Assembly: GCA_951406725.2 (NCBI GenBank)
Contig: OX597827.1
Span: 28,334,001-28,398,000, forward strand
Direction of reading: 5' to 3'
Length of the DNA: 64,000 nucleotides
Source of the DNA: Octopus vulgaris
Lineage: Eukaryota
Shown: one piece after another, positions 13,966 to 27,437 of the stretch
Numbering within the stretch: position 1 is the stretch's first letter
How the letters are laid out: the number at the start of each line of letters is the position of its first letter
The notes under the pieces: model-generated
The model's database searches: none
Seen by the model: only the letters and a program-made list of their open reading frames with translations
What the model was told of the DNA's origin: nothing
Translations under genes and position numbers: made by a program

Positions 13966-14471
13966 CTCTCTGTCTCTCACTCTCTCCCCCCACACATATA
14001 TTTCTTTTTCTCTCTTTTTCTCTCTCTACACACACATACACACACACACACACACACACATACACACACACACACACACACATATATATACACACTGCAT
14101 ATGATACTGTGAAATAGTAGATTTATTACTCATTGAAACCCTTTCGTGACTTTCGGCACACCTTGTACATGCCGACATACAGGCATAATTATAAGTACAA
14201 GAATACTTTTGTTTAGCAAAGCTTTTTGGCTAGTAATGGAAACGCAAAGAAAAGTTTCCGTGATTGAAAGGAAGAAAAAAAAAAAAGAAGTCTTCGATAG
14301 GTGTTTACCATAATTTCACGCATTCTCTTCTGTTAACAACATTCAAAGAATGGCATAAATCAGGACGACCGGTTACGAGAGAAATTCGAGGTAATTTTTT
14401 GTTAAGAAAGTCTTGCGAGACACAGTTTTCTAATGACTGACGTAAACGGTGCTACACGTGAATGTCTGTCT

Positions 14472-14553
<82 letters not shown>

Positions 14554-14554
14554 T

Positions 14555-14862
14555 GAAGACAATACACATATGAACAACCCTGGTATCTCTGCAGACTCCT
14601 GGGAGGAGAAGGCCTTGCAGCGCGATTAATGGCACTGATCACTGAAGCTCGTAATTCTAGCGATGGATGTGCAACATCAGAGAAAAAACGAAAGGGCATA
14701 TGAGAGGGGCCACTTTTCCGTTGCGTTAAATAGCTTCATTTACAGCAGCAGTCATCGCTGCTGTAGATCGAGAACAGGCCTTGTAGCCCACATGCGAACC
14801 TGCCAGAGGTGATTACTGAACCAGACCAGTCAAGGTCGACTTACGGCGGTCAACCAAAGAAG
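14555..14862 (+). mobile_element. RTE LINE 3' fragment, decayed
   Basis: Translates with stops as GISADSWEEKALQRD*W...CRSRTGLVAHMRTCQR*, matching the RTE C-terminus at 27495-27760. Confidence 0.7.
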
Positions 14863-15006
14863 AATCCTCCCTCTCTCTCTCTCTCTCACTACTCTCTCTC
14901 TCTCTCTCTCTCTCTCTCAGTCTCTTCTTCACTCGCTGCCTCTTTCTCTCCATGTATGTAAGTAAACAGTATGTAATTTAAAAGAGAAAGGTAACATTCG
15001 GTTATT

Positions 15007-16248
15007 TTAATAGTTTGTGTATCTGTAATAGAGCGAAATAAATATCGCAATAGCAATCAAAAAAGAAGCACCAAATGAAAACATTCGTTTTTTATCTTCT
15101 AGTATATAATCTTCCTCCTCTTTTCCGTTGTGAATTTGCAGCTGTTGATATTGGTGAGTGAGTTTCTTTCGTCTTCTCGAAGCATTCCTAAAACGGTACT
15201 CGGAATTGGTAAAGGGTAAGTCATCTGTATGAGAATATATAATTCCTGATTTCGGAGGAGTACAACTTCTCGCAGGACAGAAACAGCAGTTGTTAGTTGT
15301 GCTGCGAAAAGTCTCAAAAATTGATAACAATTCATCCAAGTCTTCACTATCCTTATTGCACATCACACATTCATTCGCAATGTCGTATTGCTTTTCATAA
15401 TTTCGCGCTGATTTCGATGTATTTTCATACGTATTATTTACTGTGAATAAACCAATATCATTAACATTAATATTCTTAACTCTTTTCCCGCTAGGTGGTT
15501 CTTCCTCTCGTATGAAATTGGTATAAGGGTACCGAGTTTTGTTTTCCACTTTTTCACAACCAGCTGACGTCATCATATTAAGTGCATTAGCACTCTTATC
15601 ACTTTGTGTCTTCCTAAAGAATTCAGTTTTATCGCCATAATTTCTTATGCTTTTCTCTTCATCCATATTCTTCAGAATCATTTTCAATCCTTCCAGGGAT
15701 CGTTGCAACGCGGTATTTTCCTCTTGCAGAACTCCATTCCTGTGTTTCAGTAATTCTTCCCTTTCTTTGATTTTAATTGCTTTCTCAATTTCCTTTTTTA
15801 ATCTCCCTTCCAAGGAAGAAATTTCTTCCGACAGTTTATCTCGTAGACATTTCGTGTTATATTCCGATTTACGATATTCTTCATGCAAATTATACAAGTT
15901 GTCTATGTTGGCATCTGATTTTGTCAAATCATATTTTATTTCCGAAGATACGGCTTGGTCAAATATATTATTGTTTTGATTGTTATTCAACAAATCGTTC
16001 GATATTGTTTCAAGGGCCTTCTCAACCTTTCCAAGCAGACTCTTTTTCCTCTCCAATTTCTTGTAGACCCCCCAAATATTTGTCTTCTTTGAATTATTAA
16101 TATTGTCTGTAGCATCTTCTTCTGGTAGAATTAAGGCTTCTGTATCAAGAAGGTTTTCCATATTGCTACAAAAGATGTTTTCTATTAAATAAATATTGTT
16201 GTTTCTCACTTTACTGCGCCTACTCTCCCCTTCAATTTCTCTTCGCAT
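15007..16248 (-). CDS. Intronless ORF for an unknown coiled-coil protein with a Cys-rich patch and C-terminal transmembrane anchor (start may be the ATG at 16161)
   Basis: 413 uninterrupted codons of non-repetitive sequence. E/K/L-rich heptad region, CVMC...CCFCPARSC, RRRKK, and terminal MFSFGASFLIAIAIFISLYY. ATTAAA overlaps the stop codon. Confidence 0.7.
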   Translation of the reverse strand: MRREIEGESRRSKVRNNNIYLIENIFCSNMENLLDTEALILPEEDATDNINNSKKTNIWGVYKKLERKKSLLGKVEKALETISNDLLNNNQNNNIFDQAVSSEIKYDLTKSDANIDNLYNLHEEYRKSEYNTKCLRDKLSEEISSLEGRLKKEIEKAIKIKEREELLKHRNGVLQEENTALQRSLEGLKMILKNMDEEKSIRNYGDKTEFFRKTQSDKSANALNMMTSAGCEKVENKTRYPYTNFIREEEPPSGKRVKNINVNDIGLFTVNNTYENTSKSARNYEKQYDIANECVMCNKDSEDLDELLSIFETFRSTTNNCCFCPARSCTPPKSGIIYSHTDDLPFTNSEYRFRNASRRRKKLTHQYQQLQIHNGKEEEDYILEDKKRMFSFGASFLIAIAIFISLYYRYTNY

Positions 16249-17307
16249 ATATGTATATATGTAATACTTCTGATCAGATGTTTACATTAAGCTTAAAAGA
16301 GTAGCGCCACGCAAGGCATACATTCCTGGAGTTGTAACTGTTTAGACAAGCGTAACAGCTGTCTGAGATAACAAAGATGAATTTCGAAAGAAACTACAGA
16401 ATCTTTGCAAAGAAATTCACCTTGATTATATTTCATTTATGGTAAACAAAGTGCCATCTACGAATCAATTGAGATAAACATGTGATTAGAGATAGATTTA
16501 CTGCAATGAACCATGTTATGATATCCTTGATTTTCAACACCTTAAAGACCAGCTGTCTTCCTTCCTTACCGTTCTACATAAAAGGGGACTGAATGTCGGA
16601 CATTATAAAAAAAAACAATAATATATATATATATATCAAAAATAGAATTGATAATAATAATAACAGCTTCTTTCCTCCTAGGGACAAGGCGATCCAAATG
16701 GATACGGCGTCTCGTTTTGTTTCAAAAACTTCACGATAAAAATTTAATCTCCAAGAAAATTACGTCATAAAGACATGACATAAAACTGGAATAAACCGAC
16801 GTTGGAAACGTAAACGCGCTCGCACACACACACACACGCACACGCACACACACACATATAAAGACACACGCACGTACATGCACACACACACAGAGATAAA
16901 CACCATTACACACACACACACACACAAACACACGCACGCGCATTCCCGCAGACACACACAAACACATGCATCTACGCACACACATTACAAAATATGAAAG
17001 GAGAAGATGGTCCCATGAGAGAGACACATTGGTGTTAATCAGCCTGTTAGAAATAGCAGCTAAATTTAATTCAAATCACATCAGTATCGACTTAGAAAAT
17101 AACACAATGGACTTTGTGATGTGTGTATGTGTGTGTGTGTGAGGGGGGTATTGAGAGGAAGGAGTGGCATTTATTCGTTAATATCGACCCCAGTATTTGA
17201 CCGCTAATTCATTTCACGACCACCAAAACTTAGACTGGATAAAGTTGACCATAGCAAGATTCGAACACAGAGCGTAAGAAGCCAATATAAGTAAGCATTG
17301 ATAATTA

Positions 17308-17420
17308 TTTCTTTATTACCCACAAGGGGCTAAACTCAGAGGGGACAAACAAGGCAGACGAAGGGATTAAGTCGATTACATCGACCCAGTGCGTAACTGG
17401 TACTTATTTAATCGACCCCG
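17308..17420 (-). mobile_element. SINE family B, 3' part with Tx1-like tail
   Basis: Near-identical to 60217-60330. Confidence 0.8.
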
Positions 17421-17619
17421 GGTTTCCTCGTTTATCTTTTGAATTTCTGTGTAACTGCGTGTTTTTCTTTTTCTTTTCATTTTACATTTTGAACTTGAAG
17501 AAGTCAAACGGTCTCATGAAATTTTCAAACCGTTAAACAAACAATCTGTTACAAATCGCATCGGGCTCTTCTCGTTATCTATTCACTTCGTGAAGATTTA
17601 CGTCAATCTTTATAAATTT

Positions 17620-17823
17620 ATAATAATTATTATAATCCTTTCTATATAGGCACAAGTGTTGTATTTTGGTGGGAGTGAACTAGTCGATTACATCGATCCC
17701 GGTATTTGATTGGTACTTAATTCATCGACCCCGAAAGGATGAAAGGTGAAGTCGACCTCGGTGGAATTTGAACTCAGACGAAATGCAGCTAATCGTTTTT
17801 CCCGGCGTGCTTACGATTCTGTC

Positions 17824-17871
<48 letters not shown>

Positions 17872-18106
17872 GCAAAAAAAAACAATAGCAACAACAACAA
17901 TAATAATGCTAATATAAATAAACATAACAACAAGAACATTTTAAGGGAGTGAGTCGATTACATTGACATCAGTGTTCAAATAGTACTTATTTCATCGACC
18001 CCGAAAGGATGAAAGGCAAAGTCGACCATGGTGGAATTTGAACTCAGAACGTGATGACGGACGAAATGCCACTAAGCATTTTGTCCGGAGTGCTAATGAT
18101 TCTGTC
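17620..18106 (-). mobile_element. Two older SINE-B copies separated by (TAA)n
   Basis: Core ATCGACCCCGAAAGGATGAAAGG...GGAATTTGAACTCAG at ~17725 and ~17995. Confidence 0.8.
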
Positions 18107-18430
18107 AAGACACATAGACGACAAAGACTCACAGAAAACAAATGTAAAAGAGGAACATGCAAATCGTAATGAAGTGTTTGCGTGTGACTGGGCAAAACAA
18201 TGATAGGAAAATCACATAACAAAAGATGCAAAAAGCAAAAAACAAACCAACTCTGTCCATTTCCGAATGGGAGCTGTGGCTATCAGGCCACAATGATGGT
18301 AACCCGAATAGTGCTCAGATGACCTTGAGCAAAGGCAAGTGCTCCCTTTCACATTTCATTTCCTAGCCTACAAGCACATGCTTCAGAGTAGGCCTGTTCA
18401 CACGTGCTACACACACGCACACACACACAC

Positions 18431-18496
<66 letters not shown>

Positions 18497-18502
<6 letters not shown>

Positions 18503-20925
18503 ACTCTTTTACTCGTTTCAGTCTTTAGCACCGTCTTTTAGTCGAGCAAATCGACCCCAGGTCTTATTCTTTGTAAGCCTAGTACTTATTCTATCGGTCT
18601 CTTTTGCCGAACCGCTAGGCTACGGGGACGTAAATAGACCAGCATCGGTTGTCAAGCGATGTTGGGGGAGGGGGCAAACACATACATACAGATACACACA
18701 CTACACACACACACATATATATATATATATACATATATATACGACGGGCTTCTTTCAGTTTCCGTCTACCAAATGCACTCACAAGGCTTTGGCCGGCCCG
18801 AGGCTATAGTAAAAGACACTTGCCCGTGGTGCCACGCAATATGAATGAACCAGGAACCATGTGGTTGGTAAGCAAGCTACTTTATTTCATAAAATTTGTC
18901 ATCATAGACAGTACAAAGAGTGTGTAGCTTTGCGGGTTGGACCAACACATTAATGAATGAAAATGAAATAGAATGAATAAATGAGAGACGAAACCCAACA
19001 CCTGCCGATTGGATTTTTCTCGAAAACATACTTTCTTTTTTAAAAAATCAATATGAGATTTCAAACCTCTTACAAGGAGGAACTAAAACCTCTTACTTAG
19101 CATTTTTTTTGTTAAACACACAATTGAGGTTATAAATCACTACAAATAATACAATAAGATGAGGTTTCAAACCCTATAACGAGGGTCTTTCACCTCCTAC
19201 TCTTCAATATATCCATCGATATATTCATCTTTATCTTCAATGCCGCTTGAGTTCCTGTATCCCGCCATTTCTCATGCCTCACTCATGTAGGACATGTATG
19301 TCGTGTAAGGGCCACCCGGCCATATGCGACACTCCTCCCAAAATCCTTTAAGCCTTTCCCACAAGGGAAACCTTATGACCTCCACAGCTATCTGCGGAGG
19401 CCATTCGGGATCCCGTGTGAAGGGCATATCTACTGTCTCTTTATGTTCTTCTGCTATTTTTCCACCTCCCCGCCCTTATAGAAAAAGATAATTAATTGAT
19501 CATCTTTAAGGGTGGGGGTGGTTTCTTCCACCGTGGGTGGCACAACTTCGGGACATGCAGACATCTCCTCGCTGAGATGACCCGTTCTTCTTCCTTCTTT
19601 TTATTTTCTTTCTGACTTCGGGAGAGTGGAGCTCTTCCGCTTTGTCCGGAGACTCTCTCCCGCCTCCCGAAGCCTTAGGTTCCTTCGGCGGGCAACTATT
19701 GTTGCCCGCCTTCTTCCTTTTTAATCATTTTTGAGTTGAGGAGGCTGAAGCCTCCTCGACCACATCCACCTCTTCCTTTGACCGGGTAGGGGAGGTGGCA
19801 TCTAGTGACTGTTTCAGGAACTTACCATGGTCCTGGGGGCAGTTCCTTTTAATGTGGCCTGGCTGCAGGCATGAGTGACATTTGGGGGGGACGTACCTCA
19901 AGTATCACCTGATACCTGCAGCCAGCCATTTTCAAGAAATCTGGAAAAACCAGATCTGTTGCGGCCGATGGGTTCCACAGGGTCAAAATCGCTTTTGACC
20001 CTTCCCAATCGACCGCCGGCAATACTCTTACATTTAAGAGCCTGGGCCCGCCATCCCCCAGTCCCCATCGGATGGTATCTTCAATCCAATCCGCTTCGGT
20101 GCCCGGGGGTAATCCACATACCCAGGCTCTTATTAATTTCCTCCCGCAATATGACGGGAGGAAGAGAATTTTCTTGCCTTCTAAAGGATGACTCGCAAAC
20201 TGGCGAGCCTTTTCCCCGTTGTCAAACAGCAACCATACGGTTGCATGTTTAACACCACGGGATATATATTTTAAAGAGGACAAATAGTCTTTAAGTTCAT
20301 TTTTTATAACTTGTTTTGGGAAGACGGTGATAGAATTAAGAACTTTAGAATAAGTTCTAAGCACCATCGTCTTCTCCTCCATATCTTTTAACCACTGCTT
20401 AGGCGGGTTAATTTCCCACTCTAAGACAGTTCCTTCTCTGCCATGTCAAAAAAATTAAACCGAATAAAAATAAAACAAAATAAAAGAGGAGGAAAGGAAA
20501 CTGAAATTAAAGTAATGAAAAGAATGAACCAAAATTTAGAAAGAAAGAAAAAATAGAAGAAGGGAAAAGTAAAAGAAAAACACACAAATAGCACAGACAG
20601 GGAATCCTTTGTATAATACTCCCAAAAGGTAATCCAAATGGCTTACTCCAGTTCGGAAAAATTGTACTTTTTCTGGCGATACGCCCACTAGAATTAAAAA
20701 AAAAAATTTCAAGCAAAATTCTCTATTCACCGTTAAGGTGATGAGAACCCAGTATTTTGCTCGCTATAGCGAGCTATAATTGACAATTTTTCTTTTTATT
20801 CTTTTTTCTATTCACGGACCCCAAAAAACTCACATCTTGTCACTGTAACAGTCCAGACCAACTAGTGTTGCATTCTGGGTAACCGGAAGTAAGCAAGCTA
20901 CTTACCACACATACACTCCTACGCC
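18497..20925 (-). mobile_element. SINE-A copy split by a 2-kb insertion (head 20889-20925, remainder 18497-18882)
   Basis: The two parts join into a normal SINE-A once one copy of the 15-bp duplication is removed. Confidence 0.88.
18883..20888 (-). mobile_element. ORF1-only non-autonomous Tx1-related retroelement, copy 1 (frameshifted ORF 19197-20444)
   Basis: Perfect 15-bp TSD GTAAGCAAGCTACTT at 18868-18882 and 20889-20903. Colinear with 56298-58325. The protein aligns with Tx1 ORF1 at 6762-7210. Confidence 0.88.
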
Positions 20926-20949
20926 TACACATGTATATAATACAGTCAA

Positions 20950-21180
20950 TGATCTTTCAAGTAATTTATTGAGGTGCAGCATCACTTTCTTCATCCTTTC
21001 TAAACAAAACTTGAAAACATCGGTGAGGATTTGGCCAATGGAAGAAGTGTTTTCAGCTCCTTTAGTTTCGCCAGGCATACAACCACTTTAGCAATTGCCA
21101 CCCAGCAGAAAATTAAAATGCCTGTCTTTCTCGACCAGAGAATGGCGACAGATCAATCTTCATGACGCACTCGACTGAGG
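20950..21180 (-). mobile_element. Old Tx1 ORF2 C-terminal fragment
   Basis: Minus-strand pieces SVECVMKIDLSP..., WVAIAKVVVCLAKLKEL and VFKFCLER resemble SAESIVNIVPPP...MAMAKECVWWTRLKGL...FFKYHLKR of the Tx1 at 11240-11430. Confidence 0.55.
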
Positions 21181-22252
21181 GAGAGAGACAGACAGACAGA
21201 CAGAGAAAGAGAGAGAGAGAGGGAGAGAGACATTCAGAATAATTTACACAATGTTATTCTAATAGCCACACCATCAAAGTCTCGAAGCTACGAGATAATG
21301 CGTGATTCGTATTCATAAACAAAATGAATCAATAAACCTTCATTACGTGAAGGCTTAAGAGTAAACAAATATCTAGGACGGCTAGGTAGTATTTGAGCCG
21401 CAGTTTCGTATATTTTGATCGGCTGCGTAGAAGCTACCCGCTTTGATTCAACATACAGGATTCTCGCAGAGTTGTCTGACAATTTGTACATCCCTTCTAA
21501 CTTTCATTACAATTTCTAATGGTTTTCAGCTGACATAAAACTTTCTCCGAACAGAGCAGAATCAGAAAAAATGTATGGAAACCTATACTGACATTACAAA
21601 CAACCTCATAAATATGTAAATCACTAAACTAGCAGAATATCGGGGTTTGGCTTGATGCAATTTGCATCATTGGCTTCCTCAGCATTTCTTCCATTCGATT
21701 AAGCTATGTACAGCAGTAGGGGATAAAATATGTTTTAAAATCGAATAGTTCCATTTCTTTAGAGACGGACAGAATATTCAATAGAGCCAACGTGACAAAT
21801 TCTTGATTCCTTGTATATATATAAAAGTGAAATTCATGTTCTGCTAACCAACAGTCGACTGGACAGGATTTATTTCGTAATAAACAGGGTAGCTTCGATG
21901 TTCTCCAAACTTTCAGCGATGCCTAAGGCAGTTTGCCAAACTTCACAGAAAAAAGATTGCATTCTCGTAAAGTAAATGGATTTTCTTCAAAGTAATTTCA
22001 TTCATTTTAGAATTCAGTGATTTCGGCGGCGGCATTCTGCTTCGATTGCTTAAATTCTTACCATCGATTGCACAACATACACTGGATCTCAATTTTATTT
22101 CCTGTGTCAATTTCCACCACCATAGCCCCCACTCTCTCTCTCTATCTATCTGTTTATTTATCTAGCTGTCTCTCTCTCCCTTTCTCACTATCGTTCCTTC
22201 ATTCTCTCTGTCTGTCTGTCTCTGTCTATCTGTCTATTTGTCTGTCTGTCTG

Positions 22253-22297
<45 letters not shown>

Positions 22298-22537
22298 CAT
22301 TTACCTACCTATGTGTTTGTCTGTCTCTCTACGTATCTGTCAGTCACTATCTCTCTGTCTTTCTCTCTCCCTCCTACTTTCTCTCATTTGTCACAAGCAT
22401 CTTTAGCGACCTCACATACGAAAGTCTTGGAGAGAATGCATGAAATTATCGAACAGGCAAACAACATAACGATTGATGAATTGGGAAAAAAAGAGAACCA
22501 ACACACACACACACGCACACACATACACATACACACA

Positions 22538-22603
<66 letters not shown>

Positions 22604-23197
22604 AACAAACACACACAGAAAAATGCACACACACATACAAACACACATGTAATTGGCTCAAAATGAATTCAGTCAAAGTAAGATATAAATGTCGTTATCA
22701 ACAGATACCCAACAAAAGTATTATGAAATGAATATGCGAGATACAAAAGTATATGAGAAGACACGACTAAGTTAAACAGGATATGAAACTGTATAAATTG
22801 TTGTTTAGAAAACGATCTTCAGGGTAAAAAAGGACAGGGTCTACAAATTGACAAACAACAATAACACCGAATCCACCCATTGTAAAAGAGAGAAACCTAT
22901 TATCATTAGCAAAAGAAATGACGACACTGTTGGGGGTACTACAATGAAACAACACTGGAAGCCAGTTAATAATGACCTAATTGGGTGATCTACGTCTTTC
23001 TTTGATCATGTGAGCCATTTGAATAGATTTATGAGTCTACGTGTGAGAGCAGTTTCAAGGAAATGATCAAAGCCTACGGCCGAGCGGAGAATGGTCGTTA
23101 TTGTAGATGCTCCAGTCATGCCTGGCCAGAGATATTTGTCCTCTAATATACACTGGGACTGATCGATCGCATGGGATACCTTTGAATATATCATTTA

Positions 23198-23400
23198 TTC
23201 GACTGCGGGCATGCTGGGGCACCGCCTTGGAGAAAATTTAGTCGAATGAACTTATATTGTAAGTTCTAACTTACAATATTGTAAAGTTCTAACAATATAA
23301 CTATAGTCATTGGACTCTTTTGCACACGTAAACACACCAACACCGGTTGTCAAGCGGTTGTGGGGAACAAACACAGACACAAAGATACACACACACGCGC
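23198..23400 (-). mobile_element. SINE-A 3' part
   Basis: CATGCTGGGGCACCGCC tail and ACCGGTTGTCAAGCG body. Confidence 0.65.
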
Positions 23401-23964
23401 GCACACACAAGCACGAACGCACGCACACAAACACACATACATTTACAGAATTAACAGAAATAAAATATATTCCACACATTGAATGTATTGAGAATTTTTT
23501 TTTCGCGGAAAGGGTAAGTGCATTATTCGTATTGTGAGTGATAAATGCATCACACTACATGCATCACGTGATTATACTCCATAGTTACCTGCTTAGAGCT
23601 ATTTCGCATGACACCCAGTTCGGTGACGATAAGTTTGTTACTTAGAAGAATAATTAATCCGGAGATAAAGGCTATTTTGGACACGAAGCTTTCTTGGATA
23701 AGCACTCGAGTGTGGGACTTATGTATGATACTTTAATACGCACTTTACTGAACAGATTACACCTATGGTCTTCCGTATTTTGTGGCGGTTTTTTACTCGG
23801 AAACTCAAAAGATTTAAAGTCAATGTTTCTTTAGAGTTTGTAATCAGAAGAAAAACCAATTTTTTCTCTACAAAACAAGGATGCTTGTGGCACTGATGAT
23901 GGAAGTACTAAACATCGAAAGCATAGTTGATAATCTGCAAAGCCAAGTATACGGTTTTGCTTGC

Positions 23965-23965
<1 letters not shown>

Positions 23966-24052
<87 letters not shown>

Positions 24053-24387
24053 TATATATATACATATATACATACATTTATATATATGTATGTATATATG
24101 TATGTATGTTTATATATGTATATATTTATATATGTATATATGTATGTATATATATATATGTATATATTTGTATATGTATATATATATATACATATATATA
24201 TACATACATATATATATGTGTATATATATGTATGTATACATATATTTATATGCTTATATATATATATATATATATACATATATATACATATATATATGTG
24301 TTATATATATATGCATAAATATATGCAGGTGTGTATGTATGCATGTATTTATGTCTATGAGTACACACACACACACACACACACACA

Positions 24388-24431
<44 letters not shown>

Positions 24432-24702
24432 CACGCATGCAGACACTCAAACGGTGGGACACACTGACAAAGAGACACTCTGTCAAGCAACTACCTACTA
24501 TTCGTTTAAGAGTATTTCACGATATCCTGAAAATCATCATCGTGAGCATAACAGTCATACAAACATACATATATACATACACACATACATACATACATAC
24601 ATACATACATACATACATACATACATACATACACATACACACATACACACATACATACATACATACATACATACATACATACATACGTACGTATATATAT
24701 AC

Positions 24703-24748
<46 letters not shown>

Positions 24749-24769
24749 TGTATTAGTGTGTGTTTGTGT

Positions 24770-24826
<57 letters not shown>
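23966..24826. repeat. Compound (CA)n/(TA)n/(TACA)n/(GTA)n microsatellite
   Basis: Direct arrays. Confidence 0.95.
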
Positions 24827-25323
24827 TTAAACGCTCATCCACTAATTCCTTTCTAACGATTTCTCTTCTCTCTGGCATTGCAGCTATCCTAGCATATTGA
24901 TTTATTACTAATCCTGTACAGCAATACAACGAGACGGCATGCTGTTACAACATACATACATACATACATACATACATACATACATACATTTACGTAAGTA
25001 TATATCTATGTGTGTCTGTGTGTGTATAAATATAAATATGTATGACTATATAAATATGAATAGATATATAGATAGAGATAGATAGATAGATAGATAGATA
25101 GATTGATAGATAGATAGATAGATAGAGATAGATAGATATTTGTATTGATGTTTATATCTCTATCTATCTATCCATCAACGTGTCTGTCTGCCTGTCTGTC
25201 TATGTCTCAATGTATGTTATGTATGTACGGTGCATTTCAAGACATTACCTAAGATCTTTCGATACAAACAACAAATTATGCATAAACATAAACCTTGATG
25301 TCTCTTTTCCTACCTCTCTTTCT

Positions 25324-25388
<65 letters not shown>

Positions 25389-25859
25389 TGTGTCACTGTG
25401 TGCGCGTGTGTGTGAGTATACATACATACACTGACAGAGAGCGGAAGGGATAGAACGATGGAGTAACTGATAAACAGATATTTCTATGTTTATGCGTGTA
25501 TAATAAAATCTCTATAAACATTAATCTTTCGTGCCTTTCCAAAGCAGCTTTCAATCTAAATGTAAATTTGATACAAGCATACATACATAAATGCATATTT
25601 ATATACACATACACAAATATATACATACATACGCACAAATACACACACTCATACACGCATATATGTGTGTATGTCGCAGTGTGCTTATGTTGGAGTGTGA
25701 GCAAGCTTGTGTCACCGTACGTTCGAATCTTTACGCCCACGTGTATTCGTTAGTATTCGGGTGGACCCTTATGTATGTCTAGGCTATATTTTTGTATATA
25801 TTAGTTTTCACTTTCAAGTCACTCTCCCCCCTCTCTCTCTCTCTGTCCCACACACTCAC

Positions 25860-25892
<33 letters not shown>

Positions 25893-25901
25893 CGTGTGTG
25901 T

Positions 25902-26056
25902 ACGACGGGCTACTTCCAGTGCTCGTCTACCAAATCTACTCACAGCACTTTGGTGAACCTGAAGCTACAGTAGAAGACACATACACGAGTTGTCATGCAG
26001 TAGAATTGAAACCAGAACTCTGTGGTTGAGAAGCAAACTTCTTATCACACAGCCAC
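25902..26056 (-). mobile_element. SINE-A 5' part, diverged
   Basis: Similar to the other SINE-A heads. Confidence 0.7.
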
Positions 26057-27089
26057 ATACATGTATACACGCATGCATTTGCCTGTAATGAATAACCAGC
26101 CTGTATCATTGAATGCCAACGAAATGACAGGTGTTACGGAACAAGTATCTTCTGCAAAAGAGAGGTCTAAACAGAAATTTACAGTTTCTTTGCTCATCGC
26201 CTCTTGACAGATTTTGCTTTCAGTTCTGTAAAGTGCCCAACGGAAGTTGCCATCCTTAACTAATAAACTTGGCTGAGTTGCCGGTTTGGTCACGTCCGGC
26301 CCGTCCATGCGAGAGGTTGTAAAGGGTTAGCACTAAGAATGACCTTGACATTCGCTGAACTTCAGCATATCACATACGTACATATATACATACATACATA
26401 CATACATACATACATACATTAGAAGTTCAGGTTTATACCTGTAATTATTGGGACCCTGGGATATGTAACCCTCTGCTTAAATACCAATCTTGAGAAATTA
26501 GGCTTCTCAAAACCAGAAAGGAGAAAATTGATTCGAAGAGTACAGATCCAAGCCATCACTGGAACTGTAAAAGTCTGTAAAACTTTCCAAAAGTTTATCA
26601 TTTAAATATATATATGAGCCTGTCTAGATATGCAACTATATGCATGTGAATACATACATAAAAGATACAAATCTGCACATATACATACATAGATATATAC
26701 ATACATGCATACATACAAGCATACATGCATACATACACACATTCCTCCATCCATCCATACATACATACATACACATGTCCAGACATACAAACTTACATAC
26801 ATACACACACGTCCATCCATCCATACATATATACATACATACACGGAATGCATATATGCATATAGTTATATATACTTTTCTGTGTTTACATATTTTTTTA
26901 TGTGTGGACAGTTGAATAGTTGTGTTAATTGCACGTGAACGGAGGCAATCTAAAACTAAATTCGTATTTAAAATAAATAGATTTTTAAATTTAATAACTA
27001 ATACATTACATTTCTATGTAGTGCTGTATCTATGTGTTTGTGTGTGTTTGTTAGTATATCTGCGTATTTGTGTGTATATCTGTTCTCTC

Positions 27090-27128
<39 letters not shown>

Positions 27129-27275
27129 TTGCGTGTATGCACGTGTGTATATATGTACGTATGTATCTGTGTGTTGCATATAATACTAGTAAACTAATCA
27201 ACGGTAAAGCTGTAAAAAAACAAAGGATTATGCATCTTTAATTTCTCGACAGCATTTAACTATGGAAGCCATACA

Positions 27276-27323
<48 letters not shown>

Positions 27324-27437
27324 TGTATGAATGTATATGTATATATATATATATATATACTTATATATATATATGTATATATATATATATACATATATGT
27401 ATATGTATATATATATACATATATGTATATGTATATT

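Noticed and set aside
17420-17620. TTGAAGA...GAAA motif
   Set aside because: Stems II and III are not convincing.
21288-22130. Coding-like non-repetitive stretch
   Set aside because: Only short ORFs and no recognisable motif. The same holds for 34400-35350 and 48000-48350.
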